Shown one piece after another: positions 59,217 to 64,000 of a stretch of DNA of 64,000 nucleotides. Under the pieces are notes generated by a model that searched no databases, had not been told where the DNA came from, and worked only from the letters and a program-made list of their open reading frames with translations. Made by a program: the position numbers and the translations under genes. Where the stretch lies: contig CBDASK010000003.1 of NCBI GenBank assembly GCA_965199495.1, forward strand, positions 1,600,001 to 1,664,000. Direction: 5' to 3'. The stretch is from Abditibacterium sp. GTDB taxonomy: Bacteria; Armatimonadota; Abditibacteriia; Abditibacteriales; Abditibacteriaceae. Numbering within the stretch: the first letter of the stretch is position 1; each line of letters begins with the position of its first letter.

Positions 59217-59687
59217 ATGTCCTCAACCCAAGACCGCGAACTCATCGCGCGCGCAATTTTGTGGAAAGACGATGCCCTGCTCGTCAACGCCAATCGCAAC
59301 GCGAAAACCGGCGAAAATTATGTCGCCCTGCCCGGCGGCCACGTCGATCCGGGCGAGCATTGCGTGCAGGCGCTACAACGCGAAATCGAGGAAGAATTGG
59401 CCGCGCAATGCCAAATCGGCGATTTGCAGTTCGTCTGCGAAAGCATTTATCCGGGTCGTCGCAAAAGCGAGTCGCAGCGCCACGAACTGACCCTGATTTT
59501 CGCGGGCGAAATCAGTGGCGAAGGGACGCGCGAAGACGGCACCATATTCAGCCCGGAAGACGATAAAAACTTTCGATGGTTGCCCCGCAGCGAATTGGAA
59601 GCGGCCAATCTTTTGCCCGCCGATGTGAAAGCGTTTTTGCTGGGCCAAGTGAAAGACCGCTATCGTTTTTCCGATTCGCGCGTCTGA
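59217..59687 (+). CDS. NUDIX hydrolase
   Basis: Nudix box PGGHVDPGE...ALQREIEEEL. Confidence 0.88.
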   Translation: MSSTQDRELIARAILWKDDALLVNANRNAKTGENYVALPGGHVDPGEHCVQALQREIEEELAAQCQIGDLQFVCESIYPGRRKSESQRHELTLIFAGEISGEGTREDGTIFSPEDDKNFRWLPRSELEAANLLPADVKAFLLGQVKDRYRFSDSRV

Positions 59688-59716
59688 AACCGCAGCCGTT
59701 TTTCGGTTTCTATTTC

Positions 59717-60394
59717 ATGTCTTCCCTTATCGAAATTGCCGGTCTGACCAAAAATTATCAAGTCGAAAAACGCGTCGTTCACGCCTTGCAGGGCGTTGAT
59801 TTAATTGTCCCATCGGGCCAATTTTTGGCAATTGTCGGACGCAGTGGTTGCGGAAAATCCACCTTATTGAACTTGTTGGGCGGTCTCGATACGCCCAGCG
59901 CAGGTCAACTTCAAGTCGGCGGCGCCGACGTGGCTGCTTTGGACGAACGCGGTTTGACCAATTATCGGCGCGATACCGTCGGCATCGTTTTCCAGTTTTT
60001 CAATTTGATGCCGCTCCTAACGGCGACCGAAAACGCGGCGTTGCCCGCGCTGTTGGCGGGCAAACCAAAAAAGCCGACCTTTGAGCGCGCGCGGATATTG
60101 CTGGAAAAAGTCGGGTTGGGCCACCGCTTAGACCAAGGCGCGAGTTTATTATCGGGTGGCGAAATGCAACGCGTGGCGGTGGCGCGCGCGCTGATTAACG
60201 ATCCGCTACTAATTTTGGCCGACGAGCCGACGGGCAATTTGGATTCGCAATCATCGCAAGCGGTATTGGGCGCTTTGCGCGAACTGACGCGCGACGAAGG
60301 CAAAACCGTGGTGATGGTGACGCACTCGCGCGAGGCCGCCGCCATCGCCGATGTCACGCGCGAAATGCGCGACGGCGTATTCGTCGAAGGTTAG
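59717..60394 (+). CDS. ABC transporter ATP-binding protein (LolD/MacB-like)
   Basis: GRSGCGKST, LSGGEMQRVAVARAL, ADEPTGNLD and MVTH. Confidence 0.92.
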   Translation: MSSLIEIAGLTKNYQVEKRVVHALQGVDLIVPSGQFLAIVGRSGCGKSTLLNLLGGLDTPSAGQLQVGGADVAALDERGLTNYRRDTVGIVFQFFNLMPLLTATENAALPALLAGKPKKPTFERARILLEKVGLGHRLDQGASLLSGGEMQRVAVARALINDPLLILADEPTGNLDSQSSQAVLGALRELTRDEGKTVVMVTHSREAAAIADVTREMRDGVFVEG

Positions 60395-60409
60395 CATTGT
60401 TGCTCAATT

Positions 60410-61948
60410 TCAGTTCATTTCCACATCATCTACGACCATCGAATAAATCGTGTCGGGCGCGGCCTCAATTGTGATTTTCTTGTTCGTAATATCAACTGAT
60501 GAAGTCGCAAAACGTTGGCTGCCGTCGGTATGCGTTTGCGTCAATTGCGCGCTATTTCTCACAGTTTTCAAGTTCGATAAATCGTAAATGATGGGCTGCG
60601 CGTTGCCATAATTAATCGTGATAAACGTCAGTTGTCTCTTTTTGGCATCGTAAGCAACAATGGAATTGTTGTCATCGCTACCGATGATTTTCAGGCCGGG
60701 GCGCAGAAAGCGGGTGAACTGGGCGAACGCGTAAAATTTGGTATAAACCCATTTCGGCTGACCCGATTCGGGATCGGCGGCAGTTTTCCCTTCTTGCCCG
60801 TTGACCAAACCCCACGCGCTCGCCGGTTCGAGGGCTTGCCAGTAAATCCACGCTGTCGGACGAATGAAGTTGATGTCTTCCATAATTGTCTGCCCCAGTT
60901 TCATGCCGCCGCCTTCATTGTCGCCGAACTCGTCGGCCCACAAACGCGTTTGGCCAACGCTATCGCGCAAACGCTGGCGCGCGGCGTTGTCGCGCATCGG
61001 TTCGAGGCCCGAATACGAATGAACGTTGACTTTATCAATTAATGTAACGGCTTTAACGCTTTTGCCCGCGAATTGAACATCGCGGTTTTTGAAAAATTCG
61101 TGGGTTTCGCGCGCTTGCACCACATTATTTTCGTCGCTGGCGCTAATTCCGACTTTTTGCAAACCGTCATTGTCCAGTTCTTCGCGCAAATATGCCAAAA
61201 TATCGGCCTGATCTTCGCGCGAGATATTGGCGCCTTCCTGATTTTTCGGATAATTCCACCAACCGGCGCTCGGCTCGTTGAAAGGCTCGATTGTATCCAC
61301 TTTCACGCCCCAGTTTTTCTGGGCGTGACTCACGACGCTCGCCAAATAATGCGCGAAATCGCGTTTGTTCCAATTTTGCAAGCGCCCGCCCGCCGACGAT
61401 TTCGAGTCCATCATCCACCACATCGGCGCGTTGGAAAAGAACTCGACTTTGTCGGCCCCGCGCGCAATCGCGGCTTGCATCATCGAACGTTGTGCGGCAT
61501 CGCGCGACCACTCCCAACTCGGCGACGCAGGATTTTTATCGGCCCAGTTGATCCAGTACCCGTCAATATCGCGCGCCCACGACAAAATATCGGGCTTGCA
61601 CTCGACGGCGTTTTCAAATTGGTCGTCGCGCCCCCGCCCGCCGCCGCCGACGTTATAACGCAAGATATTGAAATTCAAACCCGGCAATTTCTGGTCGAGA
61701 AACGATATGGTTTTGTCGGTGTAAAACAGATCGGCGTAAAGATTCGCGTAATTTTTGCCACCAACCATATTGGGCCACCACGCGAACGAACAGCCCCAAC
61801 CTTCCCACGTCCCGCGATTCTCGTCGGGATTGATTTTCAGCGTATAACCGGTCGGATTTTTTGGGTTCACGGGCGCGGGCGCGTCCTGAGCGCCACTTAC
61901 GATTGAAGTCGCCGCCAGAGCAGCCACGGCGAGGAGCAGTTTGAACAT
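60410..61948 (-). CDS. Secreted GH30 glycoside hydrolase (endo-beta-1,6-galactanase-like)
   Basis: Signal peptide; WEGWGCS, RYNVGG, FSNAPMWWM, EPFNEP and NVHSY. Confidence 0.82.
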   Translation of the reverse strand: MFKLLLAVAALAATSIVSGAQDAPAPVNPKNPTGYTLKINPDENRGTWEGWGCSFAWWPNMVGGKNYANLYADLFYTDKTISFLDQKLPGLNFNILRYNVGGGGRGRDDQFENAVECKPDILSWARDIDGYWINWADKNPASPSWEWSRDAAQRSMMQAAIARGADKVEFFSNAPMWWMMDSKSSAGGRLQNWNKRDFAHYLASVVSHAQKNWGVKVDTIEPFNEPSAGWWNYPKNQEGANISREDQADILAYLREELDNDGLQKVGISASDENNVVQARETHEFFKNRDVQFAGKSVKAVTLIDKVNVHSYSGLEPMRDNAARQRLRDSVGQTRLWADEFGDNEGGGMKLGQTIMEDINFIRPTAWIYWQALEPASAWGLVNGQEGKTAADPESGQPKWVYTKFYAFAQFTRFLRPGLKIIGSDDNNSIVAYDAKKRQLTFITINYGNAQPIIYDLSNLKTVRNSAQLTQTHTDGSQRFATSSVDITNKKITIEAAPDTIYSMVVDDVEMN

Positions 61949-61994
61949 GGGAACAGATTGACATTCCCATACATCGGATGTCGCGCTCGACAGA

Positions 61995-62119
61995 CTTTAA
62001 CCACAAAAACCCAAAAACCTCAAAAGGACACAAAAAGAACGAATCACCCGCTAAAAGTTACGCAAGTTAATTCGTTCTTTTTGTGTCCTTTTGAGGTTTT
62101 TGGGTTTTTGTGGTTAAAG
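61995..62119. repeat. Palindromic REP-like element, family D
   Basis: CTTTAACCACAAAAACCCAAAAACCTCAAAAGGACACAAAAAGAACGAAT inverted arms. Confidence 0.88.
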
Positions 62120-62151
62120 CGAATTTACACGATTTTGGATTCGGACAATTT

Positions 62152-64000
62152 TCATTTGCCCAACGGCAAATCTACGCGCGCGCTAAAAGCCAGTTCGGCG
62201 TCTTTGCGCTCCATCATGGTTTGGCACAATGTCTGTATGCTCGGCGCGACTTTTCGCGTAAACGTTTGGCCATTGACGGTGAAATTCACCGGTTTGCTGA
62301 AATCAATCAGGCGGCTGTCGAGCAGAACGCTGGCATTTTTTACGTTCGGCGTGGCTGTGACTGTCACTGCGTTATTTTCGCAGGTCGCGTCAATGCGTTT
62401 TTCTTTGGCGGGCGTGTCAGCGTGCAGCCAGTAAAAATCGTGAATGACGCCGTCGGTTTGCAGCCAGTTCAGCGTGCGCGGAACCGGGTTGCGCACTTCG
62501 GGATACATCGGCACGATCATATCGCGGTCGGGCAGATTGCCGTGTTCAAATCCCATTTTCACGCTCACAGTCACCGGATAAATATCGGTGCGGTCGCCGC
62601 GCAACGCGACGATTTCGTCGGCGAATTTTTGGTTGCGCGATAATCGGTCGTAGGCCAAATCTTTCTCGCCGACCCACGCCGTAAAAGGCGTATTCCGTAG
62701 CGTCACGGGTGTGCTTTCGCCGTCGGTCACTGCGCCCGCCGAAGCGTGAATCGCCGCGAAATGATCGGGCATTTTCGGGCCAATCGCATAGGCGCCGTAG
62801 CCGCCGTGCGAGTAACCCATGATGAAAACTTTGTCGCTGTCCACATCGTTCAAGACGACCTGCTGCTCGATCAAATTGGCGATGAGCGGATAAACGTAAT
62901 CGTCATAAAATCCGTTCCAGGTGTCGTTGGGCGCGCGCAACGCCAGATATTTGTAGCCGCCCAATTCGGGATGATCGAAATAATGCTGCGCCATTTCGTG
63001 CCACTGCTGGTCGTTGACTTCTTTGGCGGTGCCGCCGCCGCCGTGCATCGCGATGAAAAGCGGCCAACCGTTTTTCGGGCGCGTGCCGACGGTTTTGATG
63101 ATATATGGACTGAGATACTCGCCTGATGTCACCTGATTTTTGGCAAAATCGGCTTGCAAACTCGCGCTTTGCGTGGTTTTGAAAGCGCTCCAAACCGCCG
63201 CGCGCACGGCGGGTTCATTGGTCTTCAAAGCCTTGTCAAGGGCGCCGGGAAACTTGAAATTGGCGCGCTCGGTTTCGGTCGCGTTGAAGTAGTCGGACGC
63301 CGCTTTGTTGATTTGCGCCGCGAGTTTGGCGGGCAATTGTTTGGTGATGGGCGGCGTAACATAGCGCGGCAAAGTGAATTGCATATCGCGCGTGGCTGCT
63401 GGCGCGACGGGAGCAGCCACGGCGGGCGCGTTCTCGTCTGTGGGCGGCTTGAGTTGCAGTACGACCAACTGCTCCGTCTGGTCTTGCGGCGCGAAAGTGC
63501 TGTTCATCGTTTGGCCGCCGTAATCCACCGTCATGGCATACGTCGCGGCGCGCGGCACATTGAAGGTGAGAAAATTATTGGTGTCGCCGCTTTCGTCAAT
63601 CGTGGTGCCCTCGAAAATTTGCGTCGCGTCGGCGTTGTTGGTCAGCTTGATTTTGGCGGCCACGCGTTTTTTGTCGGGGCCAACCAAACCGATTTGCAAA
63701 CGCGTCAAAGCAGGTTGCGGTTTGGCGTCTTTGGCGTAGCGCGTCGTCACGTTTTGGGCGCTGACCCAATCGAGTTTGTCGTCCCACACAAGCGGGAAAT
63801 GGGTGCCGGTGCGCTTCCAACTCGTCGCGTAAATCGCGTGCAAACCGTCGTCTTTGGCGGCGGCGGCATCGCCCTCGAACCAGCCGTGATCGTAGCCTTT
63901 GTCGTCGGGTTCGGCGGCGCCGATGTAATGCCAATCGCCCTTGTCCCAAACCTCGACCCATGTATGATTGCCGCGCTCGTTGCTCCACATCGGCGTGCCA
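62152..64000 (-). CDS. Transglutaminase-like domain fused to a C-terminal alpha/beta hydrolase; 5' end lies outside the window
   Basis: GNHTWVEVWD.GDWH; later AMHGGG and MGYSHGGYG (GxSxG). Confidence 0.75.
   Translation of the reverse strand, partial: GTPMWSNERGNHTWVEVWDKGDWHYIGAAEPDDKGYDHGWFEGDAAAAKDDGLHAIYATSWKRTGTHFPLVWDDKLDWVSAQNVTTRYAKDAKPQPALTRLQIGLVGPDKKRVAAKIKLTNNADATQIFEGTTIDESGDTNNFLTFNVPRAATYAMTVDYGGQTMNSTFAPQDQTEQLVVLQLKPPTDENAPAVAAPVAPAATRDMQFTLPRYVTPPITKQLPAKLAAQINKAASDYFNATETERANFKFPGALDKALKTNEPAVRAAVWSAFKTTQSASLQADFAKNQVTSGEYLSPYIIKTVGTRPKNGWPLFIAMHGGGGTAKEVNDQQWHEMAQHYFDHPELGGYKYLALRAPNDTWNGFYDDYVYPLIANLIEQQVVLNDVDSDKVFIMGYSHGGYGAYAIGPKMPDHFAAIHASAGAVTDGESTPVTLRNTPFTAWVGEKDLAYDRLSRNQKFADEIVALRGDRTDIYPVTVSVKMGFEHGNLPDRDMIVPMYPEVRNPVPRTLNWLQTDGVIHDFYWLHADTPAKEKRIDATCENNAVTVTATPNVKNASVLLDSRLIDFSKPVNFTVNGQTFTRKVAPSIQTLCQTMMERKDAELAFSARVDLPLGK

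Overview
Bacterial chromosomal window of roughly 60% GC. Its gene content (DUF1559 prepilin-type protein, Tad pilus genes, many PAS kinases) resembles Armatimonadota/Abditibacteriota; this is an inference only. Most of the window is housekeeping, signalling, envelope and transport genes separated by long palindromic REP-like elements. The stand-out locus is a minus-strand retron-type system at about 18095-26203. In transcription order it has a sigma70-like promoter, two tandem retron-like ncRNA units, a terminator-like hairpin, a 1181-aa alpha-helical protein with an inserted LVIVD propeller, a SWIM zinc-finger/BRCT protein, and a retron reverse transcriptase with an N-terminal extension. The two ncRNA units share a near-identical scaffold but differ completely in the central stem and in the closing arms, each of which stays self-complementary. 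Other observations: a highly over-represented non-palindromic 9-mer (CGTGGCTGC) on both strands; an HTH/PIN toxin-antitoxin islet bracketed by an 89-bp duplication of the LOG gene 3' end; pcrA with no canonical start codon; and a sugar-nucleotidyltransferase fused to a wHTH and a pseudo-receiver domain.
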